From positions 186,001 through 250,000 of IMG/VR virus record IMGVR_UViG_3300034072_000926: DNA of 64,000 nt, one strand, 5' to 3'. The notes beneath the pieces are model-generated. The model ran no database searches, was not told the origin of the DNA, and saw only the letters and a program-made list of their open reading frames with translations. Positions 19,978 through 29,832 of the stretch are shown here, in pieces. Made by a program: the position numbers and the translations under genes. Numbering within the stretch: the stretch's first letter is position 1; each line of letters opens with the position of its first letter.

Positions 19978-21093
19978 ATGAGTTACAAGATCAACAAAGC
20001 AGATGGCAAATCTGTCATTGTCAAAGACCTTGAGAGTGAGATCGTTGGTGGTCTAAACCTTCTCGGTTACGGCTTTGCTAACTATGGCGATGAAATTGCT
20101 CAGAACTTTGTCAAAGACTTAGAGAACAATGCAGGCACCGCAGAACCCACTAACCCGGTTCTCGGTCAGTTCTGGTTCCAGATTCCACTAAACTTGACTA
20201 GTGAAAATCGTAATCTGAGGATTTGCACCAACACAAACGGCACCTCGCTTGATGGTCGTTGGAAGACATTGTTCTCGATTACCCCTGCGGGCGAGATACA
20301 GCTTGATGCTTGGACTCTTAGGGGTAAGGCACCCGTGACACCCGGTGGTGGTTCTACGGGCATGGGACAACCCGTAGTGCTAGATTCCAATGGTAAGATC
20401 AACGCTGCCTATCTTACTGCGACTACGAGTGTCGGCACCGCTGACGTTGCAAATCGTCTAGCCAATGCTAGAACTTTTGGTTCAAGGAACGGTGGTCTAA
20501 GCTTTGATGGAACGCAGAATGTTCCTCTAACGACTGCTCACATTGGCGAAGGTGATCAGCAGTATTTTACAACTGCTCGTGCTCGTTCCACTCTTTCGGG
20601 TGGTCGTTATATTACCTATAACTCGACCACTGGTGAGATTGCTTTCAATGGTCCAGATCCAACAAGTGGCGAAACTGGTCCACAAGGACCGGCCGGTCCA
20701 CAAGGACCCCAAGGTCCGCAGGGGGAAACTGGTCCACAGGGTCCCCAGGGTCCCGCCGGCGCCACTGGACCACAAGGTCCAGAAGGTCCAACCGGTCAGA
20801 TCGGTAATGGTATTACTGGTCAAGGCGCTAATTGGGTCATGTTCTCAAATGGCTATAAGATCCAATGGGGATTCCAGTCCACATATGGTTCAAACGTAAT
20901 GGCATATGTTACGTATCCTGTGGCCTTTTCGAGCCTACCAAGCTTTACCGTATCCGGCGCGTATTCGACTGGTGGTAACGCAAAGGATAACTGGCCTGGA
21001 ACGCTTCACGCAAACAGTTCAACAACTCGAGGCTGCATGAAGAGTGCATCCGACGAAAGTGGCACATTCCACTGGGTAGCAATGGGATTCTAA
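19978..21093 (+). CDS. Tail fibre protein 1 with collagen-like (Gly-X-Y) segment
   Basis: GPQ/GPA repeats. C-terminal 'NGYKIQWG...YPVAF...HWVAMG' fibre-tip domain. Confidence 0.75.
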   Translation: MSYKINKADGKSVIVKDLESEIVGGLNLLGYGFANYGDEIAQNFVKDLENNAGTAEPTNPVLGQFWFQIPLNLTSENRNLRICTNTNGTSLDGRWKTLFSITPAGEIQLDAWTLRGKAPVTPGGGSTGMGQPVVLDSNGKINAAYLTATTSVGTADVANRLANARTFGSRNGGLSFDGTQNVPLTTAHIGEGDQQYFTTARARSTLSGGRYITYNSTTGEIAFNGPDPTSGETGPQGPAGPQGPQGPQGETGPQGPQGPAGATGPQGPEGPTGQIGNGITGQGANWVMFSNGYKIQWGFQSTYGSNVMAYVTYPVAFSSLPSFTVSGAYSTGGNAKDNWPGTLHANSSTTRGCMKSASDESGTFHWVAMGF

Positions 21094-21096
21094 ACG

Positions 21097-21477
21097 ATGA
21101 AATATTTCTACAGTCCATCAACAGCTGGCTTCTATATTGAGGGTGTCAACACGTTTATTCCTGACGATGTATTTGAAGTCCCTGAAGCTGATTACAATGC
21201 TCTGTTTGAAGGGCAATCAACTGGCAAGCAGATTGTCTACAAGTCTCGCAAGCTTCAACTAGCTGACCATGAAATTATCAAGAAGACATGGGACGATGTT
21301 CGCGCTCGTCGTGATGCTCTTTTGACCGCTTGTGATTGGACGCAAATGCCTGATGCCCCCTTGACAGATGAAGTAAAGGCACTTTGGCGCACCTATCGTC
21401 AGAAGCTTCGCGATATTACTGAAATCTATAGTGATCCCGATAAGGTTGTTTGGCCACTTGCTCCTGGGGAGGAATAA
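21097..21477 (+). CDS. Tail fibre assembly chaperone
   Basis: 'MKYFYSPSTAGFY' and 'RARRDALLTACDWTQMPDAPL...WRTYRQKLRDI...WP'. Confidence 0.8.
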   Translation: MKYFYSPSTAGFYIEGVNTFIPDDVFEVPEADYNALFEGQSTGKQIVYKSRKLQLADHEIIKKTWDDVRARRDALLTACDWTQMPDAPLTDEVKALWRTYRQKLRDITEIYSDPDKVVWPLAPGEE

Positions 21478-22586
21478 TGAGCTATACAGTCAATAAATCC
21501 AATGGTGATATCGCGACAGTTGTTAATGACTTTCGTAAGGAAATTGTCGGCGGACTGAATATCCTCGGACTTGGCTATGTCAACTATGGCGAAGACATTG
21601 CGAACAACTTCGTAAGAGTTGCAGAAAACTTTGCCCATAGTGTTCCGCCATCTGATCCTTTGAAGGGACAGATTTGGTATGATATCTCAGTCGCAAATCC
21701 AGTTCTACGTGTTTTCAACGGCACAACCTGGACTCCTATGTTCTCAATTGACCTTGCGAACAATAGGGCATTGATCTTCTTCAACGGTAACCCAATTGCT
21801 CCTAGTCTCGATCCTACACCCGCGACTCTAGTTGTCCGTGGCAGCGATGGTAAGATTCCATCAAGCAGCATTCCTAGTGGATTGACCGCTGGTAGCTCGA
21901 CCACTGCGGCTCGTTTGGATCCTGGTGCAAAGATCAACGGCACTCAGTTCACCGGTGCAACCGATATCACGATTAACTCAGGACAAATTCCTGAGAATGG
22001 CAATCTCTATTACAGTGATGGTCGTGTTCGTGCAGCTCTATCGGGCGGACGTTACATCAACATCAATACCACAACCGGCGAAGTTTCCTACACTGGTCCG
22101 GATCCGACACAGGGCGGTGATGGTGCAACTGGTCCTCAAGGTCCAAAAGGCGATAAGGGCGACAAGGGAGATACTGGTAGTCAGGGACCAGCCGGACAAG
22201 ACGGTGCCCAGGGGCCACAAGGACCAGAAGGTCCACAGGGTATTCCCGGAACAGCAGCTCAAGTTATCACGGCTCAGAATTTGAATAAGAATGGATACGT
22301 GGTATTCAGTGGCGGATTCTGTATTCAGTGGGGTAACAGTCGCACTCGAGTCGGTGACGAATATGCCTATAATGTGACCTTCAACATTGCAATGCAGGGT
22401 GCAGCATGGGCAGTGTCTATTACACCTTATATTGCCGCTCCTAGCATTTCGCGAGATATTTGGTTCCAGCGAGCCAGCGAAGGCGGTAGTCCGGCAGGAA
22501 CTGGTGTTGTTATTCAGGCACAGAGTTCGACTAAGAACAATAACAACTGTGACGGTTACGACTGGATCGCAATCGGCATCGTTTAA
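21477..22586 (+). CDS. Tail fibre protein 2 with collagen-like segment (paralogue of fibre 1)
   Basis: ATG at 21477 (TAATG overlap). N-terminus and 'LSGGRYI...TTGE' shared with fibre 1. GPQ/GDK repeats and 'IQWG' tip. Confidence 0.75.
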   Translation: MSYTVNKSNGDIATVVNDFRKEIVGGLNILGLGYVNYGEDIANNFVRVAENFAHSVPPSDPLKGQIWYDISVANPVLRVFNGTTWTPMFSIDLANNRALIFFNGNPIAPSLDPTPATLVVRGSDGKIPSSSIPSGLTAGSSTTAARLDPGAKINGTQFTGATDITINSGQIPENGNLYYSDGRVRAALSGGRYININTTTGEVSYTGPDPTQGGDGATGPQGPKGDKGDKGDTGSQGPAGQDGAQGPQGPEGPQGIPGTAAQVITAQNLNKNGYVVFSGGFCIQWGNSRTRVGDEYAYNVTFNIAMQGAAWAVSITPYIAAPSISRDIWFQRASEGGSPAGTGVVIQAQSSTKNNNNCDGYDWIAIGIV

Positions 22587-22592
22587 TCAAAG

Positions 22593-22623
22593 AAAAAGCC
22601 CGGTATTTCTACCGGGCTTTTTT
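22593..22623. terminator. Bidirectional rho-independent terminator
   Basis: AAAAAGCCCGGTA-TTTC-TACCGGGCTTTTTT at the junction of the + and - gene blocks. Confidence 0.85.
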
Positions 22624-22630
22624 GTGACTA

Positions 22631-23569
22631 TCAGACCTTGAAAGTCGTCTTGAACTCACCTAGTTCACGCTTGCTCATTCGGAAATGCTCAAGGAATGCA
22701 GCTTCGTTCTCAAACTGTGCCTGAATATGATCATATGCTTCCGAGAAGCTGAGATCAAACTCGTTGGAACGAGTGATCAGAGCCTGGAGCAGTTCCACTT
22801 CCATACCCGAGAAGGTCTTCGCATCGCGAATGTAATCCTCATAGGCTTCGCAAGCTGCGGGGAACAGAGGCTGAACCAGCTTGTAAATCGCACGAGCAAA
22901 TTCCTGGATTTCCCACTGAGCGTGAGAGTCTTCGCGCAGCTTCAGCATGTGGAACAGGTTATGGAGGTTCTGCTTCCAGTAAAGCTCGGTGTAACCAGCA
23001 ACTGGCATAACAGTGCGAGCAATCTCACGCGAGATACCGGCTTCTGGAAACTCTTCCGAGAAACCATAATGCTCGACTAGACCGCCTTCATTGAGAAGGG
23101 TCTGGTAAATCTTGTGACTGTGGGTGGTTGCCTGACGAATCAGATCCTGAGCAGCCTGCTTGTCAGCATCGGTCATATCGCCGCCACGACCCTGCTTGTT
23201 GGTCGAGCTCTGAGGCAGGATATTCTCGAGCAGAGGCACATACATTTCATCAGTCAGAACCGAATAGCGACCCGAATACTCGTTCAGGCTCGAAGTGCGG
23301 TGACGCACCAGCTGACGCATGACAAAGATTGGAAGCTTGAGGTGCAGCTTTACTTCGCACATCTCAAGAGGACTGGTATGCTTGTGGCGTACCAAGTAAC
23401 GGATGAGTCCACGGTCTTCACGGACACTCTTCGTGCCGTTACCATAGGAAACTCGAGCAGCACTAACGATATCAGCGTCACTGCCCATATGATCGACCAG
23501 GCCTACAAAGCCGTGATCGAGAACTGGGACATATTTGTTATCGCCAGTTACTTCGCTCTGAAGGGTCAT
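22631..23569 (-). CDS. thyX: Flavin-dependent thymidylate synthase
   Basis: ThyX signature RHRTSSLNEYSGRY, plus 'HTSPLE' and 'HAQWEI'. Confidence 0.95.
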   Translation of the reverse strand: MTLQSEVTGDNKYVPVLDHGFVGLVDHMGSDADIVSAARVSYGNGTKSVREDRGLIRYLVRHKHTSPLEMCEVKLHLKLPIFVMRQLVRHRTSSLNEYSGRYSVLTDEMYVPLLENILPQSSTNKQGRGGDMTDADKQAAQDLIRQATTHSHKIYQTLLNEGGLVEHYGFSEEFPEAGISREIARTVMPVAGYTELYWKQNLHNLFHMLKLREDSHAQWEIQEFARAIYKLVQPLFPAACEAYEDYIRDAKTFSGMEVELLQALITRSNEFDLSFSEAYDHIQAQFENEAAFLEHFRMSKRELGEFKTTFKV

Positions 23570-23625
23570 TCTACACTCCTAGTATGTTCTGGATTGAGTG
23601 TTTGTTCTCAATCCAGACTATACAC

Positions 23626-23901
23626 TCAGAGCGCTATATCCTTCAATATGATTTCGGAGAAATGTCGGATACAATCTTTCACTTCTGCGAGATTTAGGAT
23701 AAGGCCAATCTCAGAGATTCCCTGGTCCTCAAGAGATGCTTCGTCCATCATAATCTCCTCGAGTTCTTCTCGGGTGATGATGCGAACATCGTCATCAAGG
23801 TCGGTCACACACGCTGCCGAAACAAATTCGGAAGGCACATGATCAGGTTCAATTTCAGCTAGGATCTTATCGAGAAGGTCCTCAAACTCCGGTGTCGCCA
23901 T
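23626..23901 (-). CDS. Hypothetical acidic protein
   Basis: ORF with AGGAG RBS before the ATG at 23901. Confidence 0.6.
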   Translation of the reverse strand: MATPEFEDLLDKILAEIEPDHVPSEFVSAACVTDLDDDVRIITREELEEIMMDEASLEDQGISEIGLILNLAEVKDCIRHFSEIILKDIAL

Positions 23902-24343
23902 TGTCGTCACTCCTAACGAGTTTGACCGCTACTTGGTAGCGCTCATACATTGAGCGAACGGCATGATTTTCTTTGATCAACTTCCGTTCACTAATGTATT
24001 TAATCAATTCGTCACGAGTAACGGTCTCATACGAACCGTCCTTCATCTCAATATCAATCTCGTCATGCTGCTTCCTTAGCGTTGGAGCAGCATGATAATA
24101 GTCGTATGACACAGGATTACCAAACAATCTGATCATATCGTCTGTGTTATTGACATTACTGAGAGTCTGATAGGATCTAGATGTGGAAGTGATTCCAAGG
24201 GATGACGGTGTCTCTATGATATCTTTGATGGCCTGCTGCTGATAGGGATAAAGCATATCAGTGAAGGAATGATCCTTGGTTTCCTTGTATAGATCCATCA
24301 CTGATTCAGCAGTGGTCTTCTTTGTTTCGACTCGCTTAATCAT
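23882..24343 (-). CDS. Hypothetical protein, tandem paralogue family (shared C-terminal helix)
   Basis: C-terminus 'IKENHAVRSMYERYQVAVKLVRSD'. Confidence 0.6.
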   Translation of the reverse strand: MIKRVETKKTTAESVMDLYKETKDHSFTDMLYPYQQQAIKDIIETPSSLGITSTSRSYQTLSNVNNTDDMIRLFGNPVSYDYYHAAPTLRKQHDEIDIEMKDGSYETVTRDELIKYISERKLIKENHAVRSMYERYQVAVKLVRSDDNGDTGV

Positions 24344-24686
24344 TCTTATCGCCACCTACAAGACGGATACTAGCAGTTAGCCTATCCCACTGGCTCTGAA
24401 GTAGCTCATTAGTCTGAATAAGATCCATAACCTTCTTGAGCTTTTGAAACTCGAGAAGTTGCTCATCCAAAGTATTGAGAACATCATCGAGACTTGGGTG
24501 CGCGTCGGTGCTAGATTTGATAGTGGTCAAAGTATTCAGACGATGATGGATCTTAGCCCATTTTGCCTCCTTGGTCCTAACATCCTGCATCTGCTGTTCT
24601 ACACGAGCATAAGCCTCTTGGTATTCAGCGCGAACATTAGCCTCGGCCTGTTCCTGAAGGGCTACGATATCAATTTCCTGTGTCAT
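24336..24686 (-). CDS. Hypothetical coiled-coil protein, tandem paralogue family
   Basis: C-terminus 'IQTNELLQSQWDRLTASIRLVGGD'. Confidence 0.6.
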   Translation of the reverse strand: MTQEIDIVALQEQAEANVRAEYQEAYARVEQQMQDVRTKEAKWAKIHHRLNTLTTIKSSTDAHPSLDDVLNTLDEQLLEFQKLKKVMDLIQTNELLQSQWDRLTASIRLVGGDKND

Positions 24687-25155
24687 CTGTCATCCTCATC
24701 ATAACTAAAATTCTTTCCCACTGGGCTTTGACCATTGGATTGGATTCGAAGGCATCTAAGAGGATCTGGAAATCTTGAGCTTTTCTCAATTGATAGAGAA
24801 GTGCCATACCAAACTCGTCCCTATCGAGCGGAAGGTCAATTGGTGTGATAGATGGATCTCTCCATGTCTCCCTCTCTCCCTTTATCGTTTTGTTACCAAA
24901 GACGCTATGGTATTGGTAATGATTAGCGGTTCGATTGGGATCTTTATCCTTGATGATTGTCCAAGACTGACGAATCCAATCCAGAGCCTTATGCCATGAA
25001 TCGATAGTTCGTTCCAGCCCTAGCTTTTCCCGACTGATTTGATCCGACAGTCTGACCATATCGTCAGATGCCTTATTAAAACCTGCCTGGTAAGCTTCGT
25101 GCTTTATTGCCTCTAGCTCGTTACTAAGAGCATTCCAATCATTCGGATTTGTCAT
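24670..25155 (-). CDS. Hypothetical coiled-coil protein, tandem paralogue family
   Basis: C-terminus 'FESNPMVKAQWERILVMMRMTDD'. Confidence 0.6.
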   Translation of the reverse strand: MTNPNDWNALSNELEAIKHEAYQAGFNKASDDMVRLSDQISREKLGLERTIDSWHKALDWIRQSWTIIKDKDPNRTANHYQYHSVFGNKTIKGERETWRDPSITPIDLPLDRDEFGMALLYQLRKAQDFQILLDAFESNPMVKAQWERILVMMRMTDDTGN

Positions 25156-25417
25156 AGCCTGCAATCCTTAATGCCATCATGAACTTGTCCCAGGCCCCGC
25201 TCACAATTGAATTCTCCTTGATGGCTTTGATCAAGATATCAAAGTGTTGAGCCTTTGGTTCGGCGGCTTCTATTCGTTTATTGAGGAGTTCAATTCTCAT
25301 TTTAAGCTGACGGACAGTTTCTTCCAAACCTGCAACTCTCGTCTGAGATTTTTCAAGGGCAAGAATTGCTTCTTCTCGATTTAGATTAGAATACATTTCA
25401 TCCAAATCCTTAGACAT
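25139..25417 (-). CDS. Hypothetical coiled-coil protein, tandem paralogue family
   Basis: Likely start MSKDLD at 25417. C-terminus 'IKENSIVSGAWDKFMMALRIAGYD'. Confidence 0.6.
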   Translation of the reverse strand: MSKDLDEMYSNLNREEAILALEKSQTRVAGLEETVRQLKMRIELLNKRIEAAEPKAQHFDILIKAIKENSIVSGAWDKFMMALRIAGYDKSE

Positions 25418-25859
25418 TGTCAGAACCAGACATCTTCCTGAAGAGCTGCATGTCCTTGAACATCTTCTTGATCTGTTCGTTACCCTCAACATCCTCCATG
25501 AGGTAGTGCCATTTCAAGGCGTGATGGCACATGACATTGTAGGCACGATTCAGCTTCTTGAGACGGTGACGAAGCTGAGCTTCGACTTCCTCTGATGTTT
25601 CAAGTTCGAGATCACCCTGATACCTGAAATGATAGCTCTGGAGTTCGCCGTCAAACAGATCTGCGTCGTCAAGTTTTGAACTAGGGTAATACGAATCTTC
25701 TATCTCATCACTGACGCATTCACCGTCGAGATCATAATAGCGAGCGTCGAAGATGCTTTCGGCCATATCCGGACCAAAGGGATGATAATTCGCATGCCAA
25801 GGTCCAGAAGAACTAGCGGCGGAGACAGAAGCTTTGCGAATGCGGTTTAGTCGTGACAT
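25410..25859 (-). CDS. Hypothetical protein, tandem paralogue family
   Basis: C-terminus 'VEGNEQIKKMFKDMQLFRKMSGSD'. Confidence 0.55.
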   Translation of the reverse strand: MSRLNRIRKASVSAASSSGPWHANYHPFGPDMAESIFDARYYDLDGECVSDEIEDSYYPSSKLDDADLFDGELQSYHFRYQGDLELETSEEVEAQLRHRLKKLNRAYNVMCHHALKWHYLMEDVEGNEQIKKMFKDMQLFRKMSGSDNV

Positions 25860-25916
25860 AAAGAATCCTGGAAAATTGCTTTTCCAGGATTCTAACACAT
25901 TAGGCTTTGAGGTGCA

Positions 25917-26174
25917 TTATTGCAGTTCGCCTCGTTGCTTCATCGTTGTCACATTTTCCAATGCAGCAATGATGACAGCAGCGGCTTTTACAAGATTGTC
26001 CTCAAACTCTTCAGTCTCAGGAACAATTCCATTACGACGAACCTCGGAGCTCACGTAATGGGTAATCATTGCAACCCAGTCGCCGGGTGTGTTCTTTGCA
26101 TCCCATTCCGAACCAGGCAGATCATTCTGCCTAGCACGTTCATCTGCGATGCGTTCAAGAATAGCAGAGAGCAT
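25917..26174 (-). CDS. Small all-alpha protein, possibly MazG-like NTP pyrophosphohydrolase
   Basis: 'ERARQ...W...EDNLVKAAAVIIAALE' resembles MazG-like helices; the match is weak. Confidence 0.4.
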   Translation of the reverse strand: MLSAILERIADERARQNDLPGSEWDAKNTPGDWVAMITHYVSSEVRRNGIVPETEEFEDNLVKAAAVIIAALENVTTMKQRGELQ

Positions 26175-27187
26175 TACTTCTTAGCCTTTGGTGGACGACC
26201 ACGCTTCTTAGGAGCAGCTTCCTTGGAACCAGCTGGGGTGCCATCCTTGCGAGGACGACCAACTGGATTCTTAGGCTGCATTGCGGCCCAAGCTTCCTTG
26301 TCTGCTTTGTCTTCCCTGAGAGCAGCACGATCCAGAAACTCCTGGATGGCTAGGTCAGAGGTATCAACCTGATTGCCTTCAACGACTTCGGCTTCGACAG
26401 GAGGAACATATGCCTGGAAGTCAAATGCCGCTGCCTGAAGAGCTGCCTGAACGTCAGCTGGCAAAGTAGGGTCGATTTCAACTGCGACGTTCTCTGGCAG
26501 GGTTTCTGCTTCCGAGACTTGTGCAGTTGCTTCGATAGCTTCTTCCTGCTCTACGGGAGCCTGAGGGGCTTCTAGGGCAGTCTCAGTCGCAATCTCCGAT
26601 GCCTCGGTTACTTCTGGACTAGCCGTCACCTGTGGTTCAGCATTTTCGACCGGACGCAGTTCGGGAACCAGACGATAGGCCCGCTCACGCTTTGCGGCGG
26701 CAGCATCCTCGAGGTCCTGTGCCTGCTGGAGAATGTTCTGGGCAATATCCATCTGTGCCTGTGCAGAATCAGACTTCTGATTCTCGAGGATCCTGTTCTC
26801 CAACTGAACGTCAGGGGTCTTAGGAGCATCTTCGCCGTTCATGTAGTCCACGATGGTGCGGAGCGGACATGGGGCGTTAGGTGCTGGATACATGACCACG
26901 TTGTCGATTTCAACAGCGCGAAGCAGACCATAGGTGTGCAGGGCGTTCATCATGTCCAGACCCAGATCAGGCAGGATCCTGCGCTGAAGCAGAGAGTGAA
27001 GGTGTGGGGTCTGCTGACCCTCGGTGGAATCGATGATATCCATCAGTGCGTCATGGAAACGATCCGGCAGAGCGTCAGTGTCTACAACTAGAGCATTCTC
27101 CTCGTTGCCGGGGATCTGCATGTAAACCACTACGCAGCGGCGGTCAGTGTTCCTGATGCGACCAACGTGCTTCTTGAATGTGCTCAT
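26174..27187 (-). CDS. Conserved jumbo-phage protein with acidic linker and C-terminal AT-hooks
   Basis: AAGGAG RBS before the ATG at 27187. GRPRK and KKRGRPPK motifs. Confidence 0.65.
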   Translation of the reverse strand: MSTFKKHVGRIRNTDRRCVVVYMQIPGNEENALVVDTDALPDRFHDALMDIIDSTEGQQTPHLHSLLQRRILPDLGLDMMNALHTYGLLRAVEIDNVVMYPAPNAPCPLRTIVDYMNGEDAPKTPDVQLENRILENQKSDSAQAQMDIAQNILQQAQDLEDAAAAKRERAYRLVPELRPVENAEPQVTASPEVTEASEIATETALEAPQAPVEQEEAIEATAQVSEAETLPENVAVEIDPTLPADVQAALQAAAFDFQAYVPPVEAEVVEGNQVDTSDLAIQEFLDRAALREDKADKEAWAAMQPKNPVGRPRKDGTPAGSKEAAPKKRGRPPKAKK

Positions 27188-27200
27188 TATTGAGTTCTCC

Positions 27201-27482
27201 TTATTGGACAATACGGAAGGTTCGAGTTCCCACAGGTGCTAGTTGATCTTCTCTAACCAGCGCGAGGCCCTTACCTTCTTCAATGTCAATCTTTGCCTTC
27301 TCAATCGGAATCACAAGATGATTCATAGAGAAGATTTCTTGGTTGCCGATGACGACATACCAAAGCGTTCCAGTATGATTATTCGGTCGAACAATCTTGA
27401 CGAAGCTGGAACACTGATTGCCATGCTCGTCTTGATATACGAGCATGGCAGAGGTGTCTGGCAGATATTTGCAATCTACCAT
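27201..27482 (-). CDS. Hypothetical protein
   Basis: Likely start MVDCKY at 27482; fits between neighbouring genes. Confidence 0.5.
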   Translation of the reverse strand: MVDCKYLPDTSAMLVYQDEHGNQCSSFVKIVRPNNHTGTLWYVVIGNQEIFSMNHLVIPIEKAKIDIEEGKGLALVREDQLAPVGTRTFRIVQ

Positions 27483-27489
27483 AGCCGTA

Positions 27490-27696
27490 TTAGCCTTCGG
27501 CTTCGTCTTCAGCAGGCGCTTCCTTGGGAAGCGTTGCATCGAGGAATACGGCAATCTTGTCGCGAACCGAGCCAACGCTCGAGAGTTCGCCGCCCTTGAA
27601 TGCGCCGCGTTCAGCAGCGATATCGATGATGCGAAGGGCATTCTGCAGATCAACCAGAGTGATCTGAGGGGTGGTATCCGGGGTCTCATCTGCCAT
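27490..27696 (-). CDS. Small conserved phage protein
   Basis: 'DLQNALRIIDIAAERGAFKGGELSSVG'. AGGAG RBS and an upstream TAAATA at 27783-27788. Confidence 0.65.
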   Translation of the reverse strand: MADETPDTTPQITLVDLQNALRIIDIAAERGAFKGGELSSVGSVRDKIAVFLDATLPKEAPAEDEAEG

Positions 27697-27809
27697 GAGT
27701 TATTCTCCTATTGCGGCATGTCCGATCTATGGAGAATACTAGATATTGAGCAAATACTCAATATTCTGGCAGCATCCGACCATATTTAGTCAAATGCTGC
27801 CAGGAAAGA

Positions 27810-28385
27810 TTAGAGAGCTGTCCTGCGACGCTTCTTGGGCTTCACAGTCACGATGTCAGGGTTCCAACCCGTGAACTGAACCCAAGACTCATGAGGCACT
27901 TCGATGGCAATGTTCTGCGCCTTGGCTACCAACTGGTAGTAGTCAGGACGCTTCGGTGTGCCACAGTTAGGCTTCATGGTCATGAAGTGCGCCTTCTGAT
28001 GGTTGCACTCACCACAAGCGGCTACGACGTTCTCCCAGCGGGTCTTACCGCCGTGGAAACGAGGAACAACGTGGTCGATTGTCAGCGGACCCTTGATCTC
28101 GCTTTCGTGCTGACCACAGTATTGACACTTGTGATCGTCACGGAGCAGGACGTTGGTGCGGCTGAACTTTACCCCACGGTTGACCTTCACGTAGTCACGA
28201 AGCAGAAGCACTGCAGGCACTTCGATTGTAGTCGAAGGGCTGTGGACTTCCCAATCTTCGTAAGTCGCCATAACTTCGGCGTTCTCGAGGAACATGAGCT
28301 TTATGGACTGTTGCCACGGAAGTGTGCTCAGGGGCACGACGCTCAGTGGCAAACCGTCTGCATTCAAGATTAGCGTGTCAGACAT
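27810..28385 (-). CDS. HNH endonuclease (McrA-like)
   Basis: 'RDDHKCQYCG...TIDHVVPRFHGG...WENVVAACGECNHQK'. Confidence 0.9.
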   Translation of the reverse strand: MSDTLILNADGLPLSVVPLSTLPWQQSIKLMFLENAEVMATYEDWEVHSPSTTIEVPAVLLLRDYVKVNRGVKFSRTNVLLRDDHKCQYCGQHESEIKGPLTIDHVVPRFHGGKTRWENVVAACGECNHQKAHFMTMKPNCGTPKRPDYYQLVAKAQNIAIEVPHESWVQFTGWNPDIVTVKPKKRRRTAL

Positions 28386-28428
28386 GATTCACCAGATTTC
28401 TACGTTGTTTTGTACCCCTACAGTTCTA

Positions 28429-28456
28429 CTTATACTGGTAGACAGACAAGAGTCAA
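28429..28456 (-). promoter_or_regulatory. Sigma70-like promoter
   Basis: TTGACT-N16-TATAAG. Confidence 0.55.
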
Positions 28457-28490
28457 CCTATTAGTAGCCAAGGAGTCGTTTTCCTTTAAG

Positions 28491-29762
28491 TTAATGACTC
28501 TTAAAGTTTTTTATGACGAGATTGTCACCTTCGAACAAAATATCAGCCGAAGTTAATCGACCTCCTTTGCCGCAACCAGTGTCCATGAAATAGGCTTCTC
28601 CGCCGCCAGTTCCCTTTACAACCAGTGGCTTAAAGGTGTCCCTGATATCATGGCCGACCATCACTCGTTTACCCTGGGGGATCCTATTCACCCATTCGTA
28701 GATGCGTGTAGGGTAACCATCTGCCCTCGGCGGTGCCGAATTGTCAACTTCGCCAAAGAGAGCCATAGTCTCAAAGCGACCATTCAATCTTGCACTCCTG
28801 ATGTCAAACATCTCAGGTTCTGCTGCACCGTGTGTGAACAAAGTGTCGCCGATAATCCAGTGATGTCTGGAGAATCCGAGAAGTGCCTTGTAGCGATTCT
28901 CGAACTTCTTCCTTGCTTCGCTACTAAGTGCCTCAATGGCCGCAGTGGTGACCTTGTTGCCATCACTGAGACGAAGACGAACATCGTTGAATCGAACCTG
29001 TTCGAGCCAGCGCTCAATCTTACGTTCGTGGTTACCAATGAGACATACGCCGCGACCTCGAGTCACAACGTCATAGACGTGGTCTACACACTCAAGGGAA
29101 TTTGGTCCATAGTCCACAACATCTCCTAGGAAGACACAGAAGAGATTTCTCTGACTTGCCCACTCGGTTGCATTCTTGAGAGGCTCCAACATGCCATGAA
29201 CATCGCCGACGACCATCACTCCTCGGAAGCCACGAAACTCGATGGCCTTTTTGAGGTCATGATTGTCTAGCTTGGGAATGACCTGGAAATCATCCTTCCT
29301 TGTGTCAATGACATTGGCGATTGAATCGCCCCTGAGAATGTCTCGCTCGTTAGTTCGGAAAATGTGCTCATGCTTTGTGATTGCACCTGATGCACCTGCA
29401 CGCCAGCTTCTATTGGAATTAGACAGCTTTATATCGAGATCACGATTGCAGACGACGTAGAAGATAGGAACGCCGACTTTTGTTCCAATATCAGCAAGAG
29501 TCAGACGATCCTTTTTGCGGAGATTGGTTGCATCAACGACCACGCGCTCGCCAAGCTCTAGCTTCAGCTGGGTGCGACGATGAATCTCACGGAATACAGT
29601 ATCGTTGGCATCAAGACGCTGGTAGTCGCCTGTCAGCTCATAACGAATGTCTTCGCTGCTCATAACCTCATAGGGAGCGAACTTGAGATTGGACCAATAG
29701 GTTTTGCCACCGCCTGCGGGGCCGACCATAATGACCAGGCTATGGAGTGGAATCTTTTTCAT
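28491..29762 (-). CDS. Polynucleotide kinase-phosphatase (P-loop kinase + metallophosphoesterase; Pnkp-like, no ligase domain)
   Basis: GPAGGGKT and VVDATN (kinase); GDVHG, GDVVDYG, GNHE, GHD, DTG (phosphoesterase). Confidence 0.85.
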   Translation of the reverse strand: MKKIPLHSLVIMVGPAGGGKTYWSNLKFAPYEVMSSEDIRYELTGDYQRLDANDTVFREIHRRTQLKLELGERVVVDATNLRKKDRLTLADIGTKVGVPIFYVVCNRDLDIKLSNSNRSWRAGASGAITKHEHIFRTNERDILRGDSIANVIDTRKDDFQVIPKLDNHDLKKAIEFRGFRGVMVVGDVHGMLEPLKNATEWASQRNLFCVFLGDVVDYGPNSLECVDHVYDVVTRGRGVCLIGNHERKIERWLEQVRFNDVRLRLSDGNKVTTAAIEALSSEARKKFENRYKALLGFSRHHWIIGDTLFTHGAAEPEMFDIRSARLNGRFETMALFGEVDNSAPPRADGYPTRIYEWVNRIPQGKRVMVGHDIRDTFKPLVVKGTGGGEAYFMDTGCGKGGRLTSADILFEGDNLVIKNFKSH

Positions 29763-29832
29763 AACTCAGTTTACTTGGTATTTGACTCGGGTGTCAATTT
29801 TGTTGCATAATAGGTTAACATTGAGGATCCTT

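Noticed and set aside
20660-22260. Short tandem repeats (GGTCCACAAGG-like) as CRISPR or VNTR
   Set aside because: They encode collagen Gly-X-Y repeats inside the tail-fibre genes; there is no repeat-spacer structure and no cas gene.
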